Position numbers and translations under genes: made by a program. Positions 27,671 through 40,919 of a DNA stretch of 64,000 nucleotides are shown here, piece by piece. The stretch is from the NCBI GenBank assembly GCA_041660745.1, contig JBAZVT010000003.1, forward strand, positions 1,880 through 65,879, given 5' to 3'. Within the stretch, counting starts at the first letter, position 1. Every line of letters begins with the position of its first letter. The stretch comes from Minisyncoccota bacterium (GTDB lineage: Bacteria; Patescibacteriota; Minisyncoccia; Phycocordibacterales; JBAZVT01). The notes beneath the pieces were generated by a model. The model was not told the DNA's origin and did no database searches. It saw nothing but the letters and a program-made list of their open reading frames with translations.

Positions 27671-29047
27671 ATGAGAATTCTATTCATCTCAAACGACCTT
27701 ATAGCTGGAAATCTCGCCTATCGCCTCAAACAAGAAGGTCATGATGTTAAGTTGTTCGTTGAAGAACCCCTCAGTAAAGAATGCTTCTCTGGATTAGTAG
27801 AAAAAATCGAAGATTGGAAAAAGGAACTTGATTGGGTTGGAAAAGACGGGTTGATTGTTTTTGATGACGCAGGATACGGTGAAATGCAAGAAAAGCTTCG
27901 TAACGATGGCTATACTGTATTTGGCGGTTGCTATGTTGGCGACAAACTTGAAACAGAAAGAGAGTACGGCCAAGCAATCTTCAAAGAATACGGCCTCAAG
28001 ACAGCTCCCCTCAAAAACTTTTCTTCTGTCCAAGATGCAATTGCATATGTAAAGAAAAATGGTGGGTCCTGGGTTATCAAACAAAACAACCACAACTTCA
28101 AACATCTCAGCTACGTGGGTAAATTTGAGGACGGAAGAGATATTGTTAACGTTCTAGAAAACTACGAACTACGCAACGGAGAGATAGACAAAATTACTCT
28201 GCATAAAAAGATTGAAGGCGTGGAAATAGGAGTGGGTAGATATTTTAATGGAACAGACTGGGTAGGGCCAATAGAATATAATATAGAACATACGAAACTA
28301 TTCCCTGGCTGTATTGGACCGACAACGAGCGAAATGGGAACTCTTGCTTGGTATGACGATGATGAATCAGGCAAACTTTTTAAAGAAAATTTAAATCTTC
28401 TCAAGCCATTCCTGCAACATATAGGCTATCGAGGTGATTTTGAAGTCAATTTTATAGTTAACGAGACGGGTGCATATCCACTGGAAGCAACCGCGCGTCT
28501 CGGCACCCCCATCATTCATTTGCATGATGAGATACACGAGAGTCCATGGGGAGAATTTTTATATGCCATCGCCCGTGGTGAACAATATGATTTAAAATAC
28601 AAGAAAGGATTTGGTATTGTCGTTGTTATTGCCACTCCCCCATTCCCATACTCAGAACGTGCTTACAATAGACTTTCAAACAACAACTCATACCGCTACA
28701 ACATATATTTTGATCACGAGATGAGCGCAGAAGAAATGAGCCATATTCATTTTGAAGAGGTGGCTGTGCGTGCTACTGATCCAAAACAACTCTATGTTGC
28801 AGACAGCCGAGGTAATGTTCTCTATGTTACTGGTATGGGACAAACAATCCAGGAAGCACGGGATATCACCTACGAAAAAATAAAACCGATTGTTATTCCT
28901 AAAATGTTCTACAGAAACGATATCGGAGTCGAATTTGAAAAAAATAGTCTTGGAAAACTTAAGGAATGGGGCTACATAGCCGACGGAGAAAAAAGTGAGG
29001 TAGCAGAAATGAACACAATTAGTGAGAAAACGATCGTAGGAATATAA
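27671..29047 (+). CDS. PurD-family ATP-grasp enzyme (phosphoribosylamine--glycine ligase-like, divergent)
   Basis: MRILFISND N-domain; ATP-grasp segment AIAYVKKNGGSWVIKQNN; C-terminal VLYVTGMGQTIQEARDITYEKIKPI...FYRNDIG parallels PurD VLCVTALGHTVAEAQ...FCRKDIG. Confidence 0.6.
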   Translation: MRILFISNDLIAGNLAYRLKQEGHDVKLFVEEPLSKECFSGLVEKIEDWKKELDWVGKDGLIVFDDAGYGEMQEKLRNDGYTVFGGCYVGDKLETEREYGQAIFKEYGLKTAPLKNFSSVQDAIAYVKKNGGSWVIKQNNHNFKHLSYVGKFEDGRDIVNVLENYELRNGEIDKITLHKKIEGVEIGVGRYFNGTDWVGPIEYNIEHTKLFPGCIGPTTSEMGTLAWYDDDESGKLFKENLNLLKPFLQHIGYRGDFEVNFIVNETGAYPLEATARLGTPIIHLHDEIHESPWGEFLYAIARGEQYDLKYKKGFGIVVVIATPPFPYSERAYNRLSNNNSYRYNIYFDHEMSAEEMSHIHFEEVAVRATDPKQLYVADSRGNVLYVTGMGQTIQEARDITYEKIKPIVIPKMFYRNDIGVEFEKNSLGKLKEWGYIADGEKSEVAEMNTISEKTIVGI

Positions 29048-29066
29048 TTCGCATCCAAAAGAACAA

Positions 29067-29093
29067 AAAACCGCCACACGGCGGTTTTTTGTT
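29067..29093. terminator. Rho-independent terminator
   Basis: aaaaaaCCGCCacacGGCGGttttttg. Confidence 0.6.
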
Positions 29094-29104
29094 ACAGACT
29101 ATTT

Positions 29105-30094
29105 TTATGTTTCTAAAAGCTCTCGTATCCCATCTTCAATATTCACTGTTGGCTTCCAGTCGAGAAGTTTCTTAGCAAGCGCATTATCAGCAAGAGTGTG
29201 TTTCGGTTCTAAACGTCCAGAAATATGTTCAACGGGACCGCCAATAAGCTCGGCAATTTTATTAATTGAAACATTATTCCCCGCCCCAATATTTATCACC
29301 TCACCCTTCCCCACCTTATCACTTTCCATTGCCAAGATATTTGCTCGCACAACATCACGCACATGAGTAAAATCGCGAGTCTGTTTACCATCTCCAACAA
29401 TAGTCATTGGCTTCCCTACCTGTCGCTGTTTCAAAAAACTCGGGATTACAAGTGCATATGCACCCTCAGAACTCTGCCTCAAACCATATACATTAAAATA
29501 TCTGAGACTGACTGTAGGCACCCTGTACACCTCGCTCCATGTCTTGCAATATATTTCTCCAACATATTTTTGTAAGCCATAGGGACTCTTGGGCATTGCA
29601 GTCATAGACTCAACCAGTGGCATTGTTGGTTGGTCACCATATACAGAACTTGAAGCAGAATAAATAAGTTTTTTGACCCCTGCCCATCTACATGCCTCAA
29701 GCACATTTATTGTTCCGCCAATATTAACTTCGTTTGTTTCCTGAGGATGTTCTATAGAATACTGAACGCGAGGCAAAGCAGCACAATGGAAGACGTACTG
29801 AACATCTTTAAATACTTTCTTTATTGATTCCAGACTACACACATCGGCAATATGAAGTGTTGCTTTTTTGTTCACATTTTCTCTCCTCCCTTCAGATAAA
29901 TTATCTATAATATGCACATTGAAACCTCTTTCAACTAATGCATCAACTATATTAGAGCCAATAAAACCGGCACCGCCGGTTACAACAACTTTTATAGTTG
30001 ATGGCGGGATAGTGACTCGTTTTAGTCTACTTCGTTTTGTATTTTTATTTTTCATTATCATCATAGGAAGAGACATTATAACGTATCTAGACAA
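29105..30094 (-). CDS. NAD-dependent epimerase/dehydratase (UDP-glucose 4-epimerase-like), paralog A
   Basis: Rossmann VVVTGGAGFIGSN, catalytic YxxxK (PYGLQKYVGE). Likely start at MKNKNTKR (~30055). ~70% identical to paralog B. Confidence 0.8.
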   Translation of the reverse strand: MSRYVIMSLPMMIMKNKNTKRSRLKRVTIPPSTIKVVVTGGAGFIGSNIVDALVERGFNVHIIDNLSEGRRENVNKKATLHIADVCSLESIKKVFKDVQYVFHCAALPRVQYSIEHPQETNEVNIGGTINVLEACRWAGVKKLIYSASSSVYGDQPTMPLVESMTAMPKSPYGLQKYVGEIYCKTWSEVYRVPTVSLRYFNVYGLRQSSEGAYALVIPSFLKQRQVGKPMTIVGDGKQTRDFTHVRDVVRANILAMESDKVGKGEVINIGAGNNVSINKIAELIGGPVEHISGRLEPKHTLADNALAKKLLDWKPTVNIEDGIRELLET

Positions 30095-30241
30095 CCAGTC
30101 ACTGTGGATTACTCACAAAAACTACACTAGCCCACAGAATATTTTTTTACGCATGAAAAAATAATTTTTATCCACACACAAAGCCGTTCGCTGATAAGCG
30201 AACGGCTTTGTGATTTATTTTTCGTTTTCTTTTTCTATTGC

Positions 30242-30325
30242 CGACGTAGAGCGAACGAACTGAAAAAGTGCTGACTTTTTCAGTTCTGAGCCGAGGAAGG
30301 CATCAAAGGGTAAATACCCTTTATT
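30242..30325. repeat. Palindromic intergenic repeat, family 2 (inverted copy) between the two epimerase paralogs
   Basis: Reverse complement matches AGGGTATTTACCCTTTGATGCCTTCCTCGGCTC...CTACGTCG seen at 7399-7483. Confidence 0.6.
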
Positions 30326-31244
30326 TCTCCATCTCCAACAGCTCCCTTATCCCCTCCTCAATTTTCATTGATGGTTTCCAGCCAAGTAACTTACGGGCAC
30401 GTGAATTATCTGCAAGGGTGTGTTTCGGTTCAAGACGTGCGGGGATATGCTCTGCGGGACCGCCAATGAGTTTGGCGATTTCATTCACGGAAATATTCTG
30501 TCCGGATCCTATATTAATCACCTCGCCCTTCCCCACCTTATCGCTCCCCATCGCTAAAATATTTGCTTGTACAATATCTCGCACATGAGTGAAGTCGCGA
30601 GTCTGTGTACCATCTCCTGTAATAGTCATCTTCTTGCCCTCACGATGCTGTTTGAGAAACCGGGCAATAACAAGTGCATAAGCACCCTCTTCGCTCTGGC
30701 GAGGGCCGTAGGCATTAAAATAGCGCAAACTGACGGTAGACAAGCCATACACCTCACTCCACGTTTTACAATAGAGTTCCCCGACATATTTCTGTAAACC
30801 ATAGGGACTTTTTGGACTGGCAAGCATACCTTCCACAAGAGGCATTTTTGTCTGATCACCATATGCCGCAGATGAGGCGGAATAGATAAGTTTTTTCACC
30901 CCTGAAGCGCGACAGGCCTCAAGCACATTTATTGTTCCGCCAATATTAACCTCGTTTGTTTCTTGAGGATGTTCTATAGAATACTGAACTCGAGGCATCG
31001 CAGCAAGATGGAATACATAGTCAGCACCTTTGAATAATTTTTTCAGAGCTGTGAAATTACAAATATCTGCGACATGAAGATGTGCCTTTTTATGCACATT
31101 CTTTCTCTTCCCCTCCGAAAGATTATCTACAACATGAACATCGAAACCCTTCTCCACAAGTGCATCTGTTAGATTTGAACCTATAAATCCTGCTCCACCA
31201 GTGACGACAACTTTGATTTTTGAATCATTCTTCAATGCAGGCAT
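30321..31244 (-). CDS. NAD-dependent epimerase/dehydratase (UDP-glucose 4-epimerase-like), paralog B
   Basis: MPALKNDSKIKVVVTGGAGFIGSN; same catalytic motifs as paralog A. Confidence 0.85.
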   Translation of the reverse strand: MPALKNDSKIKVVVTGGAGFIGSNLTDALVEKGFDVHVVDNLSEGKRKNVHKKAHLHVADICNFTALKKLFKGADYVFHLAAMPRVQYSIEHPQETNEVNIGGTINVLEACRASGVKKLIYSASSAAYGDQTKMPLVEGMLASPKSPYGLQKYVGELYCKTWSEVYGLSTVSLRYFNAYGPRQSEEGAYALVIARFLKQHREGKKMTITGDGTQTRDFTHVRDIVQANILAMGSDKVGKGEVINIGSGQNISVNEIAKLIGGPAEHIPARLEPKHTLADNSRARKLLGWKPSMKIEEGIRELLEMEK

Positions 31245-31249
31245 AAAAA

Positions 31250-31702
31250 TTAAATATGATTTTTAATGTATTCAAACGCCTCTTTAAACATGTCGCGAGC
31301 ATCGTCAAAAGAAATTGTGGCAAGTGCTTGCTCAAATGGGAACCACTGACAATCACGGATCTCGGAAGGTTGTGGAGTGACAGACTGCCCTGGTGCGATG
31401 CCCACAAAAAATGTGAGTGTCCTGTGATATTTCTTTCCTTCACGCTCAAAGGAATACTCATTTACATACTTAGGCGAGTCTTGTATAAGAACCCCCGTAA
31501 GCCCAGTCTCCTCTCGAAGCTCTCTTTCGGCAGCAGCAACATCGGTTTCATTACCCTCTCGGTGACCCTTTGGGAAAAACCAATTTCCTGTCTTAGAACT
31601 TCGGACAAGTAAAAAGAACAGCTCGTTATCTTTCTTAAACACAGGAATAACCCCGTAAGAACTGTCTTCTATTACAGTTTCGTTTGTAGTCATTTGTTCC
31701 AT
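31250..31702 (-). CDS. NUDIX hydrolase
   Basis: Nudix box GKWFFPKGHREGNETDVAAAERELREETGL. Start taken at MEQMTTNET so it does not overlap the upstream gene. Confidence 0.8.
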   Translation of the reverse strand: MEQMTTNETVIEDSSYGVIPVFKKDNELFFLLVRSSKTGNWFFPKGHREGNETDVAAAERELREETGLTGVLIQDSPKYVNEYSFEREGKKYHRTLTFFVGIAPGQSVTPQPSEIRDCQWFPFEQALATISFDDARDMFKEAFEYIKNHI

Positions 31703-31745
31703 GATAGCATAAAATCGGGGTGTTTTCCTAAACGCCCCGATTTTC

Positions 31746-33137
31746 TTAAACCCCAGTTCGTGAAATAAGAGCCTTGAGCGTTTTAAGTGCAATTTTAATG
31801 TCTAGCACAACAGAGCGATTTTTGATGTAATACAAGTCGTAGGAAAGCTTTGTTTTAGTCTCAGATGCTGCCGCGTCAAACTTGGGCGGAGCGACCTGGT
31901 ACAGCTGTGCCCACCCAGAAAGACCGGGCTTAATTAAGTGGCGGATATTGTAATATGGAATCTCTTTTTCATACACCTTCACAAGTTCCGGCATTTCAGG
32001 ACGAGGACCAATAAGTGACAAGTCCCCTTTCATCACATTCCACAACTGAGGCAACTCATCAATACGAGTCTTACGAAGAAAAGCGCCAACACGAGTAATG
32101 CGACGTGCATTATTACCCTCGCGAAGATCCACAGACATGCTGCGGAATTTAATCACTCGAACAGTTTTGTTGTTTACCCCCACACGCTCTTGAATAAAGA
32201 AAAATGGCTTGCCGTCTTCTATCAAAATCGCAAACATAACAAAAGGAGTAATAATAAGAGCAATGATTCCGAGAATAACAGCAATAATAATATCCATCAC
32301 ACGCTTTAGGGCATCATAGGTCACTTTTGGTGAAACAGAAATGTTTTCCAAAAACCAATTATATCTCACAAGTGAAAGAGGAATCCGATCGAAAATATCC
32401 TCATATATTTTATGCATATCAATAAAATGTACCTTTGAAAAAATGAGATTGTATAATGAGGGCAAAATAGGTTCCACTTTTTCATTACGCAAATCAATGG
32501 CGATCATATGAATATCCTCTCCGTACACCCGAGAGACAATCTCTTGTTGAAAATCAACACCCTGAACCTTGTCCAAGTCTAACGACGACACGAAGCGAAT
32601 ATTATAACGTGAATTATTATTAACCTCCTCCACCAGTTCTTTCATTTCTGAACCAGATGCTACAATAATTGCATTCTCTTTCTTCCCTGCTCCAAAAAAC
32701 TCCACCCCATAAATACGCCATAGAAGCATGAAGCCAAAAGATATAATGAGATATATAAAAAGATTTGTTTTTGGGGTTATTCCAAAGTACGGAATGAAGT
32801 AAAAGAAAAGAACAGCAATAATGCTATTTATTACCTGAGCCTGAAATATAATATGCGGCAATTTCTTTTTAAGAAAAACTGTGTGCTTTTCATAGAGGCC
32901 AGCAATATAGAAGACAGCAATCCACACCGCAAAAAGCATTGAAAACGGTACGGCATGACTCACGAAGAGTTCTTGGGATGGTAATCCACCATATCGGACG
33001 ACGAGCATTATCCATAGAGAAATAAAGAAAAAAATGATATCCCCAAGGAATAGCACGAGTGACTCTTTTTTACCGTTATAAACCATAATGAAGCATACTA
33101 CAACAGTTTTGGCATTTGATAAAGACCTCAAATTCAC
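31746..33137 (-). CDS. Undecaprenyl-phosphate sugar phosphotransferase (WbaP/WcaJ-type bacterial sugar transferase)
   Basis: N-terminal TM bundle; C-terminal RVGVNNKTVRVIKFRSM...DELPQLWNVMKGDLSLIGPRP catalytic domain. Confidence 0.85.
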   Translation of the reverse strand: MNLRSLSNAKTVVVCFIMVYNGKKESLVLFLGDIIFFFISLWIMLVVRYGGLPSQELFVSHAVPFSMLFAVWIAVFYIAGLYEKHTVFLKKKLPHIIFQAQVINSIIAVLFFYFIPYFGITPKTNLFIYLIISFGFMLLWRIYGVEFFGAGKKENAIIVASGSEMKELVEEVNNNSRYNIRFVSSLDLDKVQGVDFQQEIVSRVYGEDIHMIAIDLRNEKVEPILPSLYNLIFSKVHFIDMHKIYEDIFDRIPLSLVRYNWFLENISVSPKVTYDALKRVMDIIIAVILGIIALIITPFVMFAILIEDGKPFFFIQERVGVNNKTVRVIKFRSMSVDLREGNNARRITRVGAFLRKTRIDELPQLWNVMKGDLSLIGPRPEMPELVKVYEKEIPYYNIRHLIKPGLSGWAQLYQVAPPKFDAAASETKTKLSYDLYYIKNRSVVLDIKIALKTLKALISRTGV

Positions 33138-33220
33138 CGCCCCACCCTAAAAAGGTCGGACCTTTTTATGACAACTTTTGAAATACTTGTCTAGGAATTG
33201 CTGTTTTAAAGGGTTATTTT

Positions 33221-34366
33221 GTGTATAATACAACAATGAAAAACAAGAAAAAGGTCCTTCATCTCATTACCAAATCCAACTTTGGTGGCGCACAACGGTA
33301 CGTCTTTGACCTAGCGACATCTCTACCGAAAGAAGCGTACGAAACAACTGTAGCATTTGGTGGACATGGAATTCTTGAAGAAAAGCTACACACTGCAGGC
33401 ATACGGACAATCACCATACAAAACCTAGAGCGCAATATTGGTATTTTGAAAGATATCTCACTTGTATTTTCATTACGAAAGTTATTCAAGAGCGAAAAAC
33501 CAGATATTGTACACGTAAATAGCTCAAAAATAGGCGGCGTAGGAGCCTTGGCAGCACGCTGGGCCGGTATTCCGAAAATCGTCTTCACAGCTCACGGCTG
33601 GGCATTCAACGAGCCACGTGGATATTTTTCACAAACAGCCATCAAGTTCCTCTCGTGGCTCACCGTGCTTTTTTCTACCGATGTAATCGTACTTTCACAA
33701 AAAGAATTTGACCAGGCGAGCGATTGGCTCTGCACACAAAAGAAGCTGCGGATCATTCCTACAAGCGTCACGGCGACAACCTTTGCAACCCAGACAGAAT
33801 CACGCAATGCAGTGGCGCCACACATAGAACCGGGGAAAGTATGGCTTGGAAGTATCGCGGAACTGCATCGCAACAAAGGACTCGATATTCTCGTGGATGT
33901 TTTTGCAGAGATTGCACACACATACCCCAACACAGTCTTGGTTTTGATTGGCGGCGGCGAGGAAGAAGAAAATCTCAAGAAAAAAATATCTGAGTATGGG
34001 TTGCAAGAGCGAGTGGTTCTGCCTGGATATATACTCGACGCAAAAAAATATCTTCCAGCGTTTGATATATTTGTACTCCCCTCCCGCAAAGAAGGCTTGC
34101 CGTATGTGATTTTAGAGGCTGGGCAAGCAGGTGTACCAATTATCTCAACAAGTGTTGGGGGAATACCAGAAATAATAGAAGATATGAAAAGTGGCATACT
34201 CGTGCGCCCACAGTCTGTATACGAACTCAAAAAAGGGCTAGAATATGCACTCACCCATTCCGAAGAAATGAAAAAGTATGCGCGAACACTTCAAGAAAAA
34301 ATCACTCAAAATTATTCACTGGAAAAACTTTTAGAAAAAACAGAAGAAGTATATAGAAAAAAATAA
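33221..34366 (+). CDS. Glycosyltransferase family 4 (GT-B, retaining)
   Basis: EGLPYVILEAGQAGVPIISTSVGGIPEII (EX7E-type motif). Confidence 0.85.
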   Translation: MYNTTMKNKKKVLHLITKSNFGGAQRYVFDLATSLPKEAYETTVAFGGHGILEEKLHTAGIRTITIQNLERNIGILKDISLVFSLRKLFKSEKPDIVHVNSSKIGGVGALAARWAGIPKIVFTAHGWAFNEPRGYFSQTAIKFLSWLTVLFSTDVIVLSQKEFDQASDWLCTQKKLRIIPTSVTATTFATQTESRNAVAPHIEPGKVWLGSIAELHRNKGLDILVDVFAEIAHTYPNTVLVLIGGGEEEENLKKKISEYGLQERVVLPGYILDAKKYLPAFDIFVLPSRKEGLPYVILEAGQAGVPIISTSVGGIPEIIEDMKSGILVRPQSVYELKKGLEYALTHSEEMKKYARTLQEKITQNYSLEKLLEKTEEVYRKK

Positions 34367-34368
34367 GG

Positions 34369-34410
34369 AGAAATAAACCGCGCCCCATGGGGCGCGGTTT
34401 ATTTCTCCTT
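34369..34410. terminator. Bidirectional terminator between convergent GT4 and ftsW genes
   Basis: GGAGAAATAAACCGCGCCCCatGGGGCGCGGTTTATTTCTCC: ~19-bp perfect stem. Confidence 0.65.
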
Positions 34411-34418
34411 ATACTTTA

Positions 34419-35576
34419 TTATGCCCCCACCCCCACAATCTCGTTTCGAGCACTGTCTTTATGTGCTGGGCGACTATATCGACGCATGCCCATCAACAAA
34501 CCAATTGCGCCAAATTCAGTGAGCAAATGTGATCCTCCATAACTCATAAAAGGCACAGTAACACCAGTTACAGGCAACAAACCAATATTCATACCGATAT
34601 GGACAAGAAAATGACTGATAAACAATATAGCAACCCCACACCCGAACAATATCTCAAAATTTGTGGCTCCCCTCACTGCATTTGCAAGAACACGCCAAAT
34701 AATCACTCCGTACAAAACAAACAAAAGCATCACTCCAACATACCCCCACTCTTCAGCAAACGCTGCAAAAATAAAGTCCGTTTCATATTCAGGCAAGAAT
34801 TTTAATCGTGACTGCGTGCCGTAGCCAACACCCTTACCGAGGATCTGTCCCGAACCAACCGCAACTGTTGACTGATACGCATTGTATCCTGTACCACGAA
34901 TATCCGCGAGAGGATGTATAAAATTCATAATACGATTTTTTTGATAATCCTTAAACACCCCTACCCATAACCCACCAAAGACAAGCGCACCAATCAGAAA
35001 CACCGCAAACAAATGCTTTTTATTAATTCCAGAAACGAGCACCATTCCAAGCCAAATACAAAACATAATAATTGCTGATCCAAAATCTGGCTGGAGAAAG
35101 ACGAGCCCGAAGATAATAAACGCGTACACACCCGAAACAAGGATGTGTCGGATGTTGGCAATCTCAATATGTCGTCGCGAAAAATATTTTGCCAATACTA
35201 AAATAAGTATAACCTTGATTGGATCAGAAGGTTGAAACGACACGCCGCCTAGTTTAAACCAACTCTCTGCACCCTTTGTCGCAGTAACAAAGCCCAGAAG
35301 CACAAGGAGCACCACACATGATGAAGCAAATAATGCAACAAGGACACCTGTGCGACGCAAGAAACGAAAATCAATAAAACTAATTCCTATAGAAAAAAAA
35401 GTCATAATAAACACCCACAAAAGTTGTTTTTCAAACTGAAAATTACTTCCAACAAAGGAATTCATTGTTACCATCCCTGCAGCAGCAACAAGAAAAACTG
35501 CACACATAAGAATCCAATCAACAGAAAAGAAACTAGCGAAACGATGTGTGATATTTCTGCGAAAATCTTCTATCAT
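34419..35576 (-). CDS. SEDS-family peptidoglycan glycosyltransferase (FtsW/RodA)
   Basis: 10-TM topology with conserved SEDS loop (GYQSTVAVGSGQILGKGVGYGTQ...LPEYETDFIFAAFAEEWGYVG). Confidence 0.85.
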   Translation of the reverse strand: MIEDFRRNITHRFASFFSVDWILMCAVFLVAAAGMVTMNSFVGSNFQFEKQLLWVFIMTFFSIGISFIDFRFLRRTGVLVALFASSCVVLLVLLGFVTATKGAESWFKLGGVSFQPSDPIKVILILVLAKYFSRRHIEIANIRHILVSGVYAFIIFGLVFLQPDFGSAIIMFCIWLGMVLVSGINKKHLFAVFLIGALVFGGLWVGVFKDYQKNRIMNFIHPLADIRGTGYNAYQSTVAVGSGQILGKGVGYGTQSRLKFLPEYETDFIFAAFAEEWGYVGVMLLFVLYGVIIWRVLANAVRGATNFEILFGCGVAILFISHFLVHIGMNIGLLPVTGVTVPFMSYGGSHLLTEFGAIGLLMGMRRYSRPAHKDSARNEIVGVGA

Positions 35577-35585
35577 AATGGGTTA

Positions 35586-36971
35586 CTATTTCAGACTGGA
35601 ATAAACCCGAGAAACTATTTCTATGGAAGTAGGGCCCTTCTTACAGATAGAAGTGGCAATATTATTATAAATACCTTTCAACTGATCGGTTGTTGCTGCA
35701 GTGTAGAAATGACCAGCCGAACTTGCTGCGTTTTTCAAGAAATCAGAACTCACCTTTGCACCGAGACCGATTGTATAAACTTCCACCCCACTCTCCTTTG
35801 CAGATGAGACGGCTGCCAACGCTTGTTGTTCAGGATATTTTACACTTTCACCAGCAGGATCCCGCGGTAACGTTGCGGCACCATCAGTGAGTAGTACGAG
35901 CACTTTACCCGCACGCTCATTATGTCGCGGCGATTCAAGCTCCTCCCGTGCTTTTGTAATCGCATCCGCGATATTTGTATTTTGCAAAACACCGGTCTTA
36001 ATTGAAATAGCGGTGATAGACTGCTTCAATACATCATACGCATTTGACAAGACGCTCGTTGTTGCGATCGTTGCTTCGTTAGCAAAAGAAACTACACCCG
36101 CCTGATCTTCTTTTCGAAGTTGCCCGAGAAAAGAAGCGGCAGCATTTTTTACATCAGTAAGTGGTTGGGGCGGATTCTTGTTGTCATCAGCCATACTGCC
36201 AGAACGATCCAGCGCAAGCACTATATCCACAGGAACATCACACATACCCTCACCTGCATCTATCGGCATTGGCCATGTAAACGTAACCCTCTTCTTCTCA
36301 CCGCCCAAGAGACCGTCTACAATTGTGCGAGATGAAGCTATGACATTTTCTTTACTATCAAAAATCAAAGCTATAAGTTCTATATTTTGATACGGATCAA
36401 CTCCAGGATTAGACACTGTTACATCCAAACGTGGTGTGGTATCTCTACCCGTGAGAACTGTATTTTCTGTTTTTATTTCAGGTTCTTGTCCTGAAAACTT
36501 TTTCCAAAGTATTTTACCGGGGAACTCAAGCGTCACACGATTAGGTTTTGCTTTGTCCAAGACTAAATTTTGTTCAAAAATAGCAGTACTTTTCCGTGCA
36601 GGAAGAAACGTAACCCCTTCTTTCGTCGCAAGAAGATTGTTCTGCCTATCAAATACTCTAAAAATATATGGGGCACTAACAGCACGAGCAGTAGCGTTTG
36701 GATTTTCTACATACGCAGCCAAACTGTATACATTCCCTTTTATATTAAAAGACCGAGCCCAATGGATAATAGGGTTAATCGTCTGCGCAGTACAAAGCAG
36801 TGAACATGTTCCCCCACAATCAATCCCTTCTTCAACACCATTCTGCTTGCCATCTGCACATGTTGGACGTTGATATATGAGAATCGCTAAAGGAATAGCA
36901 ATAATTAGAAAAACGGTTAAGAAAAAACCGCCGCCATATAACATTTTTCTACGCGTTGCCCATGCTGACAT
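35586..36971 (-). CDS. Membrane-anchored von Willebrand factor A (vWA) domain protein
   Basis: N-terminal TM; MIDAS motif VLALDRSGSM...VVSFAN...TDG. Confidence 0.75.
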   Translation of the reverse strand: MSAWATRRKMLYGGGFFLTVFLIIAIPLAILIYQRPTCADGKQNGVEEGIDCGGTCSLLCTAQTINPIIHWARSFNIKGNVYSLAAYVENPNATARAVSAPYIFRVFDRQNNLLATKEGVTFLPARKSTAIFEQNLVLDKAKPNRVTLEFPGKILWKKFSGQEPEIKTENTVLTGRDTTPRLDVTVSNPGVDPYQNIELIALIFDSKENVIASSRTIVDGLLGGEKKRVTFTWPMPIDAGEGMCDVPVDIVLALDRSGSMADDNKNPPQPLTDVKNAAASFLGQLRKEDQAGVVSFANEATIATTSVLSNAYDVLKQSITAISIKTGVLQNTNIADAITKAREELESPRHNERAGKVLVLLTDGAATLPRDPAGESVKYPEQQALAAVSSAKESGVEVYTIGLGAKVSSDFLKNAASSAGHFYTAATTDQLKGIYNNIATSICKKGPTSIEIVSRVYSSLK

Positions 36972-37029
36972 GCGAATATTATATCATATATTAAAATAAC
37001 TATGCGCAACAAAAAACTGCACTCTGGCA

Positions 37030-37205
37030 GTTTTTAAATCTAAATGAGTATCGAATACTAAGTTCTGGGTCATGCTTCTCCTTCTTACAGAAGCTGTACA
37101 CCTTTTGGATATAATTTCGCAAAACTCAATTCTATCTCAAAAGGTCTTGCGCTGGGGACCCAACCCCAGCTCACCCTCCAATGGAGGGGAAAGTAATAAA
37201 AAAAC
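37030..37205 (-). ncRNA. Putative small structured RNA, or degenerate 5S-tail duplication, between the 5S terminator and the vWA promoter
   Basis: Bounded by two terminator hairpins and two perfect 19-nt direct repeats (37050-37068, 37238-37256). Contains hairpins CCCTCCattGGAGGG and CTGGGGttgggtCCCCAG. Confidence 0.3.
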
Positions 37206-37236
37206 ACTCGAGTGGAGTGCTTTTTTCATCTTCTGT
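37205..37236 (-). terminator. Rho-independent terminator directly after 5S rRNA
   Basis: rRNA-sense AAAAAAGCACTCcactcGAGTGttttttt. Confidence 0.55.
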
Positions 37237-37248
37237 AATCGAATACTA

Positions 37249-37362
37249 AGTTCTGGCGGCTAGCTACTTTCCCCTCCATAAGAGTATCATCACCGCAAGA
37301 GAGCTTAACTTCTGAGTTCGGAATGAGATCAGGTGTATCCCCTCCGCCATACCACCAGAACT
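37249..37362 (-). rRNA. rrf: 5S ribosomal RNA
   Basis: Reverse complement AGTTCTGGTGGTATGGCGGAGGGGATACACCTGATCTCATTCCGAACTCAGAAGTTAAGC...GCCGCCAGAACT matches the universal 5S core CCGAACTCAGAAGTGAAAC; 5'/3' ends pair. Confidence 0.85.
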
Positions 37363-37495
37363 TAAAATTCGATATATCAAAAAACAAACCTAATAATTAC
37401 ACGGAAATACACACATCTCGCCCATCGCGAGTAGTATATAATTCCATGTAACAGGGTAAAAAACAAAAAATCTTTCTGTGACGTATCACAGAAGT

Positions 37496-40919
<3,424 letters not shown>

